Shown here in pieces: positions 11,895-24,135 of a DNA stretch of 64,000 bases; position 1 is the stretch's first letter, and every line of letters begins with the position of its first letter. The stretch is from Camelus ferus (Eukaryota), in NCBI RefSeq assembly GCF_009834535.1, contig NC_045707.1, positions 56,174,001 to 56,238,000 of the forward strand. Direction: 5' to 3'. A program made the position numbers and the translations under genes. Below the pieces are notes generated by a model. The model made no database searches, was not told the DNA's origin, and was given only the letters and a program-made list of their open reading frames with translations.

Positions 11895-13321
11895 GCTAGT
11901 AGAACATGTACATGCTTAAAATAACAATGACGAACATTCTGGAACATTCTAAAATTACGATGCTGGTCGTCTCCATCAGTTAAAATGGTACCTCATTTTA
12001 AAATGTGACCCACTAATAGAGATCACCACCATGATCATTTGTTGCCAGTCTTTTTGAAGTTGACTTCAGAATAAAGCTTCTTCCATCACTGTTTATAAAT
12101 ATATCATGACTGAGGAGGTTGCAGCATGCTGTGCTGGTCTTCTATCTGAAATATAGATCTGCAGGCCCAAAGACAGAATTGTACCAGTGAGTGCAGTAGT
12201 CAGTACATGTGCTCAGATCTTGCATAATTTCCAGGTCAGGCGACTCACATCACGTTAGGTGCATTTGTTCACCTATCTTTTCTCATGCGATAATATTCAC
12301 TCGTGTAAATTACAATGAATCCCCCACCACGCTTTTCTATGTATCAGAAATATTTTCCAGTGTTCATTTTAGGTTTTGGCTGTTTCAAGGGAAGGAAGCA
12401 ATTGGTAATTATAGCTAGTTGTTAGAGTCTGAAATAAATAGTTTATGGATATTAAATTCTGAAGTAAAATGACTGGCTGAAATAGGACTTTAAGATTTTT
12501 TTTAAAAACCGTTAGTGAGATTAGGGAAAAAAACCAGGAAAATGACGTTACACATTTCTGTCTTCTTAATTTTAAACACTTGTATTTACCTTTGAGGTAG
12601 ATCACCCATTTATTTTGGGGGGAAAAACACACACACACTACAATGGGCTTTTTAGTGATGAAATTGCAAAACTCAATCCCTCAGAGTACCCTGACGACAG
12701 GGAAATTACCTGAATGCAGATGTTTCAGGTCAAAGTCATTTGTTCTGTTTAGAAATGTAAATTGAGTACCTTTTAGCAGAACCTGGCCTCTGTGGATTCG
12801 GTTGTCTCTGGGAGAAGTGCTCATTTTAAAAAAATTCCCAGTGCTATAGATTATTGCTTAGTCTCAGAGTTGTGGGTGTTCTCCTTCTGGCAACTGTTTA
12901 CAGGAAATCTGCAACGGAGGTCACAGGGAGTGCTGGAAACCGCAGCCGGCAGAAAGCTTACTCCGGAGGACACCTGGACAGAAGAACTTGATTCTACATT
13001 TGAATAACTTGGCCCAGGACAGTGGACCCTATTGTTCTTTTGAGTCATAGGACCACACCCTTGTGGATGAGTTTCCTTAAAAGTTCCTTAATCAATGTTC
13101 CCACTGTCCTTCACACAGAGAAAGGTTAGCATGAGGACAGGAAGTGAAGCAAGCCTTAGTGTGAAATGGGGTCTGAGAAAAGCATTTCTCTCCCGGGTAT
13201 ATTGGCAGTTTTGTCTAGATTCCTGAAGTGTGGAATGAAGTCTGATTGCTTAAGAGTTCAAAACAAAACTGTGGAGTCCAAGGAATCTTGATCTGCTACT
13301 TAAGAACACATGGCTGAACTG

Positions 13322-13583
13322 TGCTGCTCTGAGATCTGTACACCAGGTCTGGTCCAAGAAGTGTGTGCTATCAGCTACTGCCTGAGAAAGTACAGGAATG
13401 TAGAATCAGAAACGTTCAGAGCAGGTTGATAGAGAAATTTTATGTTAAATAAATTGGGGGTTGTAATTTTATGGCTTTTTTTGTTTCATGTTTACTTCTA
13501 TCACATTTTATAAAGGTTTGGTCAATGACAGACTAGAAATAAAAATAAAATGGTTCTTTACCACAGATAGTTTGAGAGCACTT
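13322..13583. mobile_element. hAT-Charlie MITE remnant
   Basis: Terminus 'tggttctttaccacagatagtttgagagcact' resembles a Charlie TIR (tttgagaagcactg). Confidence 0.55.
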
Positions 13584-13904
13584 GCATTAAACTCTATTGA
13601 ATTTTCTTATCAGAGAAATAGCATAGAATTATTGATTTATTGTAAATAAGGAGAGAATGTTTGGAAAGCGCTGAGCCTGACACCTAGTAGCCATTCAACA
13701 GACTAGTTGTAACATACACAGTTTATTGCTCTTTAAGTTGGGTCTTAAAGAATGAGGAGGAACTCAACAGGTGAAGGAGTTAAAGGCAAAGGCTAATGAG
13801 CAGCACCAGGAAATTGAAAAATATGGATTTATGAATTTGTGAAAGGGTATTATTAACCTGGCTGAAAATTTAAATGTGCAGGTAAAACCCCTAAAAACTA
13901 AAAT

Positions 13905-14110
13905 ATAGTTGACTTGAACAACAGGGGCTTAAACTGCACAAACCCATTGATATGTGGATATTTTTCCATGGTAAATACCATGGTGTTACACAATTCATGG
14001 AATGTTTAATCCTCAGACACAGAGGAACCTTGGATACAAAGGGCCAACTGTCAGTTATACTTAGACTTTCGAGTGTATGGAGGGCCAACACCCCTAACTG
14101 CTTTGTGTCC
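13905..14110 (+). mobile_element. TcMar-Tigger MITE (MER8/Tigger2a-like)
   Basis: 'tagttgacttgaacaacaggggcttaaactgcac...gactttcgagtgtatggagggccaacacccctaac'. Confidence 0.75.
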
Positions 14111-15599
14111 ATTACATACAAGTCCTGGGGTTTGATAAATAGTCTCAATTAATAGTCAGGCCTATTCTCCTTTAAAATTATTTTCAAGGTCCTCAAAATT
14201 CCAATATATATGACTTTAATATTTGTCCTAATTTTAGTTCTGGAAGTATGACCATGCAATATAATTGGCAGTATTTGACATTCTCACACTGGTGAGATTC
14301 AAATGTATAAGATATGAGCATTAGAGTTTACTTTTGTAAGATGCTCCATGTATCTACATGCAAAACCAAATTTGTTTAAAGATTATAAAGGAACTATTGT
14401 AGGCATTTAAAAGATTAAATTTTTATAAGCACTCTATGATACTTTTCATGTAATCAATACTTTTCATTACAAACACTCATAAACTGTGGACCTCTTTTTA
14501 ACCTCTGCATGGAAGAATGTTGTTGTTCATTACATTAAGTGAGAAGGTGCCCTTGAAGGTAAAAAATCTGTCTTTATAGATATCTATTAATCAGTGTTCC
14601 TTCATAGAACCATTCAGAATTATGGAGGTGTAAATGCAGGTGCTCTCATGTTTTAGGAAGGGGCTCAATAACATTTTACTTTTCATTATTCATATGTCAC
14701 AACACACCCATGATGTAGGAAATACGCTACAATTCTCTGCATTCATAATACTGTTGAATGACAAGTACAGACCATAATGAGTTAATAGCAGAAACTGCAT
14801 TAAAACATTGAATTCTTCATTCTTTCCTATTTTCCCTTTTCCTGCTGAGACAGCTTGCCTACAATTTTTGTAGGCAGGTTTGTGCTGTTATTTGCACTCT
14901 CCACCCCGCTACCTTTTACTTTAGACTTTCATTCCTCTGAAACACATTCTCATCTCATTTTTAACTAAAAACAAATGAGTCTCTCATTCTTGTTAATGAG
15001 TTATGGTCTTTGACTTTAATGTTAGAAAGTGATCTTTTTTAAGAAAAATTCTAACAGCAGCACAAAGGACCTATTAGCAGTGGTTGGGAGTATGGTCCCC
15101 TTCCATGACTGTCACGGTTGTGTTATTTGATGGTGTGGAATTGGCATTGTTTTCCTGACAAAATGCGTGTTGCAGATGGTGGACAGCCAAATGTTGTTGA
15201 AATGGGCAATTGTAAGATGGGCCGAGTCCTGAAAAGCCCTCAGCCAGTGCAGAGAAGTGGTTATATTATTTTACTGGGGAGGAGAAAAAAAGGTTGTGAT
15301 TTGGGCCCTGAATGACTTGAATGATAAATCAGAAGCTCCTTCTCATCTGTTAACTACAATTTGTCAGGGAGATTTTGCTGGACACAGAACTGCAAATTGT
15401 CTGCTGAATTAAAGGGTATGAAAATTAAAGTGGCCAATTAAATGCAAATCATCCTGTTCTCAGGACAGGTACTGACTGACCTAATAGGTAAGCTGTGCTT
15501 TGATGATTACAGCAGTCATTGCTCTTTTAATTCAGAATGGAATTCAAACAGACATCATAAACAATGACTTGTGCGGTGAACCAGCCAGCTCCCTGCTGA

Positions 15600-15960
15600 C
15601 CCTTATATTTGCTGTTCCCCTGCTTGAAAATAAGCTTCTTTTGTAGTTTTGCCTGGCCAGCTCCTTCTCAACATTCTAGCTTCAGCCCAAATATCTCCTC
15701 TCTGAGAGGGCCTTTCCTCTCCACCTTCTCTAAAATAGCATTCCCTGCCCACCACTCAAAAAAAAAAAAAAAAAAAGTTTTATTTTAGTCATAGCTCCTA
15801 CCACCATATGATAGTATCTCATTTATAAAACTGATTCCTCACTATTGTCTGTTTCTATAGAACAAACACTTCTGAGAGTAGGGGTCATATTTGCATGTTC
15901 ACTGTTTCCAGTCCATGCTTCTGTAAGTGCTCAATACGTTTGCATGACCAAGTGAAATAA
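15600..15960 (+). mobile_element. L2 3' fragment with an internal A tract
   Basis: 'tttgctgttcccctgcttgaa', 'gcttcagcccaaatatctcctctctgagagggccttt', 'gtaagtgctcaatacgtttg'. Confidence 0.7.
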
Positions 15961-17656
15961 AATTTTTTTAATGGGGTGTGTACGAAATCTCTTTAAAACA
16001 AAAATGACCCCCATGGCATTTTTAACCAGGCCCCAAAAGCCATTGATTTATTATAAAGCTTTATCGTAGAACCGTAAGTGTTCTAAAACCATGCCCTCTT
16101 CCTACCAGTTGATATGAAAAAAAATATATATATATATATAATGTATACATATACATATTTGGAACTTGGTTTAAAAGGATTGTTATCAGAAAAAAAAAAG
16201 AGCTTTCTATAAATAGGCACACAGAAAGAAATCCATTGACCATAATGCGTAACTATATAGTTGTTTTCCATTTGTTGTTTTTCTCTAGTTGGGAATTTAA
16301 GCAAGAATAATATCATTAATACAAAGCTGTGAGGGGATTTGGGGATACCATTTCATATCATACAACTCTCTATATAGTATTCCTTTTCTCAGTAGCTAGT
16401 GTTTGTTCTCACTCAAACCCCGTTATTCAATCTCTTTAGCCTACATTTAATCCTTATTGCTCCTTCTTTCATAAAAAGAGAAAAATCAATTTTCTATTAC
16501 GTTTGTTAAATAGGTAGAGTAAGACTGCAGTGGGTACGGCAAGAAAAGCAATTGATAATTATTTGCTGAGTTGTTCAGCTTAATATGTTAAAGGGAAACT
16601 ATGAATACGATAATAAATTGCCACTTGGTCTCCATTAGTACTTCTGTTTATCCCGAACACCCCAAAACACATGTGTTGATTTGAATGTTAAAAATTTTAA
16701 AGCAATTTTTTAGAGGAAGCAGACATATTTAAATATGTTTACAAATTACGTTTTGAATTTTCATGTGTCCCCTGTACACGAGTTGGAAAACAAAATGAGT
16801 ATAGGCACCAAAACAGATTAAATTAGCCCAAGGAATCTGGCATTTGAAGCTGAGGTTATCTCTGCCCACCATTCACATATAGCACTCCCAAGGCACCTAT
16901 GTTCAAGGATCTGTCATTCTCGTGCTTTGGCTTATTCAGAAACTGAATTATTTAATTTTAATGTTCAAGGATTTATACTGTTCATTTCTCCTAAGTTCTG
17001 GAAAACAACACAATGCAGGATCTATTACGTCATCTTGCCATTCTATAACCACACTTTTCTTTTTCTAACAGAGAAAAACTGCCCATCTACAAGAGGAAAC
17101 TAGGCAGGGGACATTTGTATGCATTTATTTTATGCACCTGTTAAACATTCATTATGGGCAGATTACTGGATAGTCACTCGAATACAAAGAGTTATGAAAA
17201 ACAGATCGCTATGTTTAGAGCTTAAAGGCAAAGGAGATGATGACCTATCTGTGAACCCACTGACAACATATGTGATGCTGAGGGAAAGGGCCCAAAAGTT
17301 TTTCTCACAGGAAACTTTGTAAGACTGTGGCGTTTCCATAAGTGACCCATACTCGCATGTAAGTGTCTTTCCAGGATTAAGTAAGTAGGACGAGGTAAGA
17401 GCATGCACATGGGACTCATTTGAAGGGCACGATGAAACTTCTTTATAATGATAGCCTGCCTATTATTAAAACTTGGGCAGCATTAAACACACTTATAAAA
17501 CGTGGCTACAACTGAAAGAGGCTAGAGTTATCGTCACTGTGCTCAGCCTGTTAAATAAGATATACTGTGTCTTCTCAGCATCTTTATCCACACGACTAGG
17601 GGGAATGAAGGCAAAGAGAGCCAGTAAAATTTGTACAGTGTCCTGAAATTCAAGAC

Positions 17657-18010
17657 TGTAAAAAAATTAATAAACAGAAACTCAAATCAAATACAGTTGG
17701 GAGACCAAACAGGGGAGCTCTCACATCCTGTGAGGACAGCAGAGCCCAACAGGAAGAAGAAAGACTCTTCTTTCCTGGCCAGGAGTCAGCCAGTGAAAAG
17801 CCATGGACTCTTTGTTTGCCATATCCCTCCTAACTTTTGTTCCATTCTATAAAAGCATTCTCTTTTTCTTGTCATAGAAGATGGGGGAGGTGGGGTGGGA
17901 CTTGCATTGCAGGTGGTTCCCCATGGTTGTAGACCCCAAATTGCAATTTTGATCTTGAATAAACCCATCTTTGCTAGAGAACTATCTAGCAGTCTATTTA
18001 TTTCAGGTCA
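17657..18010 (+). mobile_element. ERV1-type solo LTR
   Basis: TG..CA ends, TATAAAA at 17848-17854, AATAAA at 17958-17963, possible 4 bp TSD agac/agat. Confidence 0.75.
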
Positions 18011-18228
18011 AGATCAAGCTTTGCTGGGGCAAGGTTAGAAAACAAACTTCTGGTGTCTTGCTTAGCACTGGCCCTACCATAAAGCATACCTAGGAGACCG
18101 ACCTGGTTATTTCCAACTCTGGTGCCTCTAGCAGCCAGAGACAGACTGTCACCAGAAAGCAAGCTGGTAGGGGGGAAAAACAGGAAGAATCTATTGTCTT
18201 CAGTCAATCCCCAAATCATACTTATGAC

Positions 18229-18407
18229 CAGTGCTCCCTACCCTGGTTGTATACTGGAAATAGCTAGAAAACTAGTTAAAAATACTGATGCCTGAGCTCC
18301 ATCCCAAAGATTCTGAATTTAATTGCTTTGAGGTAGGGCCTGGGACGTTGGTTGGCGCTGGCTTCCCCAAGGGATTCTAATATGCAGGTAAGATGGTTAA
18401 TCACTGT
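18229..18407. mobile_element. MER5A-like hAT MITE
   Basis: 'cagtg...ttaaaaatactgatgcctgagctccatcccaaagattctgaatttaattg...gattctaatatgcag...cactg'. Confidence 0.8.
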
Positions 18408-19289
18408 TCTAGGCAAAGAAGTGAGAGTGACATTCCCAAGTAAAGGCATTAGGCCAAGACTTGCCCTTTTGAAAATCCTTTCAAACTATTATTTCATGAC
18501 TTTCCTCAAGGAATACTACCCTTGATATTTATTTAAATCTGATTTTGTATAAGTAAAAGTGCTCAAGGCTTTGGGAGTAGAGGTAGCGGGGAATAATTGT
18601 GTCATACACACTGGACTTCACAACCAAATGGTAAATGCGCTTTTGACCAAAGTTCCCAACTTGGAACAAATCAGGCTGTTAGCTATTTAAGGTTGGAAAG
18701 TGATAAAGGACATGGAACTAAATGTATTGCAGGAACTGCACATTTTCATGTTTATGAAATAAATGAATAACCAGCAAAAAATCTTGGTGTGTGCATTTAT
18801 TTTGGTCTGTCAGAGAAAAAGAATGTCTTCATTATCAAACAGGCCTTGGTGTTAAGTGTCTTGGAGCCTCTGGGACTGTTCTAGATATTAGAAGTCTTCA
18901 GTAAAATCATAAATGAAAAACACATTGTATCACACAGAGTCTGGACGTTCCAAGCACATATGTCAATAATCTTGACCAAATCCTTAGAAAAGAAAAACTG
19001 CAACTAGATTTTCAAGATGCCTAGATCTAGGGGTCTGGAAAGAATTAGTAGACAGTGAGGTGAACAAGAGTAGTTGTGTGTAGTAACAGCCAGAGCTCAC
19101 TCTTGGCCACCATAGGTCAGCTCGACCGCTGCACGTTGGGTTGTCACTTTTGATTCTTTATTTGCAAAGGTGGACAAGCCAGGTACACATATTCCAAATT
19201 TTGAGAATTATCAGAAAGTCCCAACCCCAAGTCTCCACATTTGCCTTGTTGTAGTGCCGAAAATCCCCAACAATGTACAACCGAAGGAT

Positions 19290-19500
19290 TGGCAATCAGG
19301 TTTTGTTTCAGGATCTGCTGCAAACCAGCTGAAGAAAATTGGGCAAGTTGTTTAAACTCTTGAGTGTCAGTTTCCTCAAATGTAAGATGACATTACTTTT
19401 TTAAAAGCCCTGCCACACCTAACTCCCAAGTTTATGATAAGAAAGATTATAATTTGTTTGGAAGAAATTTAGTGTGCAACTTTGCAAAGTACTGTGTGAT
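19290..19500 (+). mobile_element. MIR SINE
   Basis: 'ttgggcaagttgtttaaactcttgagtgtcagtttcctcaaatgtaagatg' is the MIR core. Confidence 0.7.
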
Positions 19501-19579
19501 GGGGGAATACTAGCATTTTTAAAATATCAGCTTTATAAACTTGCCTTTGAAGAACTACCATGAAAATAGTAACTAAGTC

Positions 19580-20058
19580 ACCAGTTATCTAATGTTGCAT
19601 AACAAATTATCCCCAAACTTTATTATACTCATAAAATCTCAGGATTAGGAATTTGGGAAGGGCTCAGCCAGGTACTTCTTATTTATGATTTCTCATGGTT
19701 ACAATTAGACTTCTTTTGAAGCTTAGTCAGTCATCTGAAGACGTGACTGGGCCTGGAGAATTTACTCAAGGTGATTCATCCCAGGGCTGGCAAGCTGGCA
19801 CTGGCTGTTGGCCTCAGCCCCTCTCCATATGGGCCACTGGGCTGCTTGAGTGTCCTGACACAATGACAGTTGGCATCCACATAGCAAGCAATCCAAGAAA
19901 CCATGGTGAAGTTGCATTACTACTTATGGCCTAATCTTGGAAGTGACACACAATCACTTCCACTTTGAACTCTGATTCAAAGCAGATGGTACTACACAGA
20001 AGTGTAAATCCCAGTAGATGAAAATCAGTGAGGGCACTCTAGGAGGCTTACTACCAAC
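19580..20058 (-). mobile_element. MaLR LTR (MLT1F/G/H-like)
   Basis: 'gttatctaatgttgcataacaaattatccccaaactt', 'aggaatttgggaagggctcagccagg', 'ttggaagtgacacacaatcacttcc', 'gaggcttactacca'. Confidence 0.75.
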
Positions 20059-20459
20059 ACTTAGCTATTTATATTTCTCTAGTGGGTAGATTATCAGGTG
20101 TTCTCAAATGGAGTTTGGTAGGGAAAGGAGAAAGAAAACTCAAACTATGAAATCTACCCAAAGTAAGACTTGTAGGTGCTGTCACAGCACATAACACAAG
20201 TCAAGAGGATTCCTAGAAGAGAGGGCATACCAAAGTGTGGAAAACCATGAATAAGAAGATGGAGGACTAGTAGAAATAGCCTACACTATAATACATGATT
20301 TTTTGAGGCTAGTCCAGCTCAAAAACAGCTAAAAAGTGGTCCATGTTCAACGATCTTATAATCATATTGGGCCTCTAATCAAAGAGAAAATATTCACTAA
20401 CTAAACAATTAGCTATCTTTTTAAAATAGCATATGCAGTAAATATTTGATTAAGCAGGC

Positions 20460-20808
20460 TGTGCTAATGATTTGACTATTCTCAAAACAATTATCCACCC
20501 TTCCTTTGCTTTGCTCTGAATTGCAGGCAACTGAACTCTGCCAATCATATTTCTCAGACTCCCTTGCCAATGACTTCTGACTGCTTTCTACCAGTGGGAG
20601 GTGTTGGCTGGAGACTGGAGTGTGGGACAAAGAAGCCAGGGTATTTTTTCCCATTTCTCTCTACTCCAGGTAGCACCTCCGGCAATAACTGCATCTTTTC
20701 CATATTTCCAACTCTCACCGGACAGCCACTCCCTCTATGGTAATAGTTCCTGTTGCACAGGCTCTGTCAAGGTGCAGTTCTCATAAGGTAACATTAACTC
20801 TTTGTCAT
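20460..20808 (+). mobile_element. ERVL LTR33/LTR41-like fragment, cut off at the RPL35 retrocopy
   Basis: 'tgtgct...atccacccttcctttgctttgctctg...ctcccttgcc...ccagtgggagg...ggagactggag...agggtattttttccc'. Confidence 0.65.
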
Positions 20809-21236
20809 TTGTACAGCCATGGCCAAGATTAAGGCTTGACTTTCACGGCAAGAAGGAGGAGGAGCTGCTGAAACAACTGGAGGACCTGAAGGTGGAGCTT
20901 TCCCAGCTGCGCGTCGCTGAAGTGACAGGCGGCGCGGCTCCCAAGCTCTCCAAGATCCGAGTTGTTTATAAATCCATTGCTCATGTTCTCACCATCATTA
21001 ACCAGACTCAGAAGGAGAACCTCAGGCAATTCTACAAGGGCAAGAAGTACAAGACCCTGGATCTGCGGCCCAAGAAAATGCATGCCATGCACCGCCGGCT
21101 CAACAAGCACGAAGAGAACCCGAAGACCAAGAAGCAGCAACGGAACGAGTGGCTTGTACCCACTGCGGAAGCACAGGGTCAAGACCGGAGCATCTGGACA
21201 TCAACAAAACAAACAAACTGGCCAAAAAAAAAAAAA
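20809..21236 (+). pseudogene. RPL35: Processed pseudogene of 60S ribosomal protein L35 (uL29)
   Basis: Intronless. ATG at 20819 gives MAKIKA then TGA (20837-20839) with a 2 bp deletion. It continues in another frame as [40 protein letters not shown]...[22 protein letters not shown], has a +1 frameshift near 21155, then YPLRK. Short 3' UTR and an A13 tail at 21224-21236. Many CpG-type changes (R>H, T>M, R>W). Confidence 0.97.
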
Positions 21237-22463
21237 TTCAAGAGCACAAAAACATGAGAAATTTACTTTTTACAATGGAACGTCCAGTTTGGCTAGAATA
21301 CTAGAAGAAAAAGCTACAATAGTAGGCTGGGTGCAAAGAACAAAAGAATGTTAAGTAATACTTTTGAGTCCCAGGTCCTACTTTTCATACAACCATGACT
21401 TATAACTAGTGTAGCAGTGACACTTCTGATTTATGTGAGAAAACAGTAGGGCCTTTGTTTTGTTTCCTACCCAATCTGACATGCCTAGTAATGTTCTTGG
21501 CATAGTAGGTACTCAGTAAATGTCCGTCAAATAAATTAATGAGGCACAGTCTTCGTATCACAGTTCACAGGAAGGATAAAACTATTTACTCATTCATATA
21601 AGATCAGGCACATCCTAAGAGAAGGGCATTATTTAAACGTCTTCTACAAACATTTCACAAGAACAAAGCACAGCATTAGAAAAACACTTTAACTACATTA
21701 TCAAGATAACTGCCAACACCTCTCAAAATGTGAGCTTCGAAGCATATGAGTCTGCAAGATCGGGGAGATTATTTACTGCAGTTCTTTTTTAGCACAGTCT
21801 GGGCTTGGGTTCAACAGGATTCAACACTTATTTATCCCTTAAAAAATGTTCATACTAAAATGTGGCCCTAAGCAGGGGTTAATGGATCTTCAAACTGGAA
21901 TGTCCTTCCAAACTTACACAGCTGCTCTGAGTAAAAACACCAGACTCCCAGATGCCAGGCTTGTGTGACAGCACTCTGGCACCAGCTGAGTTTGCTATTC
22001 ATTATTCCATTGTCTCACAACACACCCAGAAAACAAAGCCCTATAGATGGTTAGTTGTTCTCCTGGCTTATGAAAGAGCACAGGCCCAAAGGGCAGCGCC
22101 TGGAAGAAATCCACCTGTGGGTAGGGACTTTTAATTGAAACTTCAAATACACTTCCAAGCTCTGGAACGCCACTTCTTGGAGCTATTGCTACTCTTCCAC
22201 GCTGGGCACATCCTTACCCTAATTTGCGTAAGGATACGCGGCAGCCTGGTAAGTGCGGCAACAGGGAGACAGTAACAAATCCTGCCTTTGGAAAAAGCAC
22301 TTCTGACCACGGACATTTGCTCTGAGCCCATCCATTTCAGTTAGTGAGATTTCATTTCCTACTATGTCTGTTTTTAACAAGCAGCTAAAAACCTAACAAT
22401 GAACCTGAGGAAAGCTGGCATTCTTTGTAGTGGGAATGTCCCTTCATCAAACGTTATTTCAAA

Positions 22464-22466
<3 letters not shown>

Positions 22467-22508
<42 letters not shown>
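22467..22508. repeat. (GT)21 microsatellite
   Basis: Perfect GT run, read directly. Confidence 0.97.
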
Positions 22509-22511
<3 letters not shown>

Positions 22512-23774
22512 AACAGAACTTTTCATCATAAGGGAATCTGATCTTTAGAGTGCCCTTGACACTCTGGAAAGAGACAGATAGACAGACGGAGACAGAAAAA
22601 AGGTTACACTGGTAAAGTGTGAAAAAGGGAGAAAGAACAGTTTGTATGATGATTGCTTACTAACCTGTTGCCAGAGTTCTACATTGCAGCACTTGGAAAA
22701 TGAAGTTTGGTTATTTTGTTTCCTATGAATGAGTGGAGACCATAGACATGATAATAGAAAAATAGTAACACGCTAAGGATAGAGCTGAGAAGATATTTTT
22801 ACTTCCTACTCTTCCTTAAGAGCAAAGGATTTTATTTGTCAATGGTAATGTTTGGTTCAGCAGTGAAGAAAACACTCAGATGTCATGCTGAGAATGGGTC
22901 CTGGTGGGATTGGGACTAGAGCCCTCAGCTAGGATTCTGGAAATCCAGAACGTTATAGAAACCATGACCATGGCCACGAGGACCAAGTGACCATCAGTTA
23001 TCACATATGATCCTAATTAAAACTTTAAGTATCTGAGATTCATCTGAGGAGTACTTTTGTGTTATGTAATCCCTAGAGCTATTTCTGTTCAACTTCTTTC
23101 CGTAATATATGAAGATAAGTAGAATCTCAAAAATGATTCCCTGTTCAACAACAGACACTCCCAAGCACAGTGGGTAGAATATGTCTAATTATCAACATGA
23201 GCCCTCTCAAAGCATGGGCGAGATTTGATTTATAAATAGAAGAAAGAAGGTGTACTTTGTCAAACTTAAAAATTTTTAAATCCATGGCAACACTGTGTGT
23301 GTGATTATCTTAGATCTTGGTAAATTGTTTCAGTGTATGTAGTTTGCTCAAAGCACCTTTAGTATTGATTTCTGTAAGGAAACTAACATGGGATACAAAT
23401 ATTGGGAATAGTTTACAGCAATCTTAAAAAGTTTCTAGTTGTAATGTTCATCAGCAAAAAAATACGGTTTAATTCTGATTTAAAATCTATCGCTGATTCT
23501 TTTTTTATTTATCCTCCTTTGTCCCATTGTGCTACCAATACTATATTTGTTTATTATTCTTGTTTTATTATGACCTCATTTTTTGGTAAAAACTGTGTTT
23601 GCTCATCATTTTTGAAAACTTGAAGCAATACGGACAAGTCCCACTAAAGTTTTTTAAAATCCCATTACCTAGAAATAATCATTGTGAATATTGAAATGGG
23701 CTTAATTTTACCATCTCTCCTGTGTGGTAAAGAAAGACAAATATATCAATTTATTATTTCTAAATTAATTAGAA

Positions 23775-24135
23775 GTGTTCAAAGCTGAATTTCCCAGATG
23801 CTAAGATAGAATATAGGGAGCAACATATTTCTGAGGGATCACCACACATGAAGGGAAGCAGCAGAGGGAGCAGTCAAGCTGTGATGGAGGTCCAGGAAGG
23901 TCCCTTGCCAATCCAGCAGGGAACCCCGGGCATGTGGGGCCTGTGGAGGGTCCTGCATGGAGCCGCATGAGCCCACTTGGTCAGAGGATGCCCACTGGCC
24001 CCCGAGAGACTGTGACACAGGCACAAGATTTCCATGCCACTGTGGCTCCCCTCGAAGGAGCAGGGGGCCTCAGTCAGTCACTGGGCAGTGAGTCCTTCCT
24101 TGGAGGAGGATCTGGGCAGAACACCTCCATGCCCA
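23775..24135 (-). mobile_element. ERVL LTR16-like remnant
   Basis: 'gaagggaagcagcagagggagcagtcaagctgtgatggaggtcc...gccaatccagcagggaac' and 'cctcagtcagtcactgggcag'. Confidence 0.6.

Noticed and set aside
12904..13050. Frame reading ...LILHLNNLAQDSGPYC, resembling the Ig V-domain 'L.I.NL...DSG.Y.C' motif
   Set aside because: Spacing is off at two places, the segment is far too short for an Ig fold, and I see no leader or recombination signal. Probably chance.
14856..14876. 9 bp inverted repeat TGCCTACAA-ttt-TTGTAGGCA (similar small ones at 34322-34350 and ~44700)
   Set aside because: Too short for a miRNA or structured RNA, and expected at background frequency.
20802..21257. 151 aa ORF as a functional RPL35 gene
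   Set aside because: It starts at a TTG. The true ATG frame has an early stop and two frameshifts. There are no introns and a genomic poly(A) is present, so it is a processed pseudogene.
1188..23387. Recurrent 'tctc/tctg-taaggaaac(ta)' motif at ~1188, ~2048, ~4319 and ~23371
   Set aside because: Matches of 13-15 bp are expected by chance in 64 kb of AT-rich DNA, and spacing is irregular. It is not an array.
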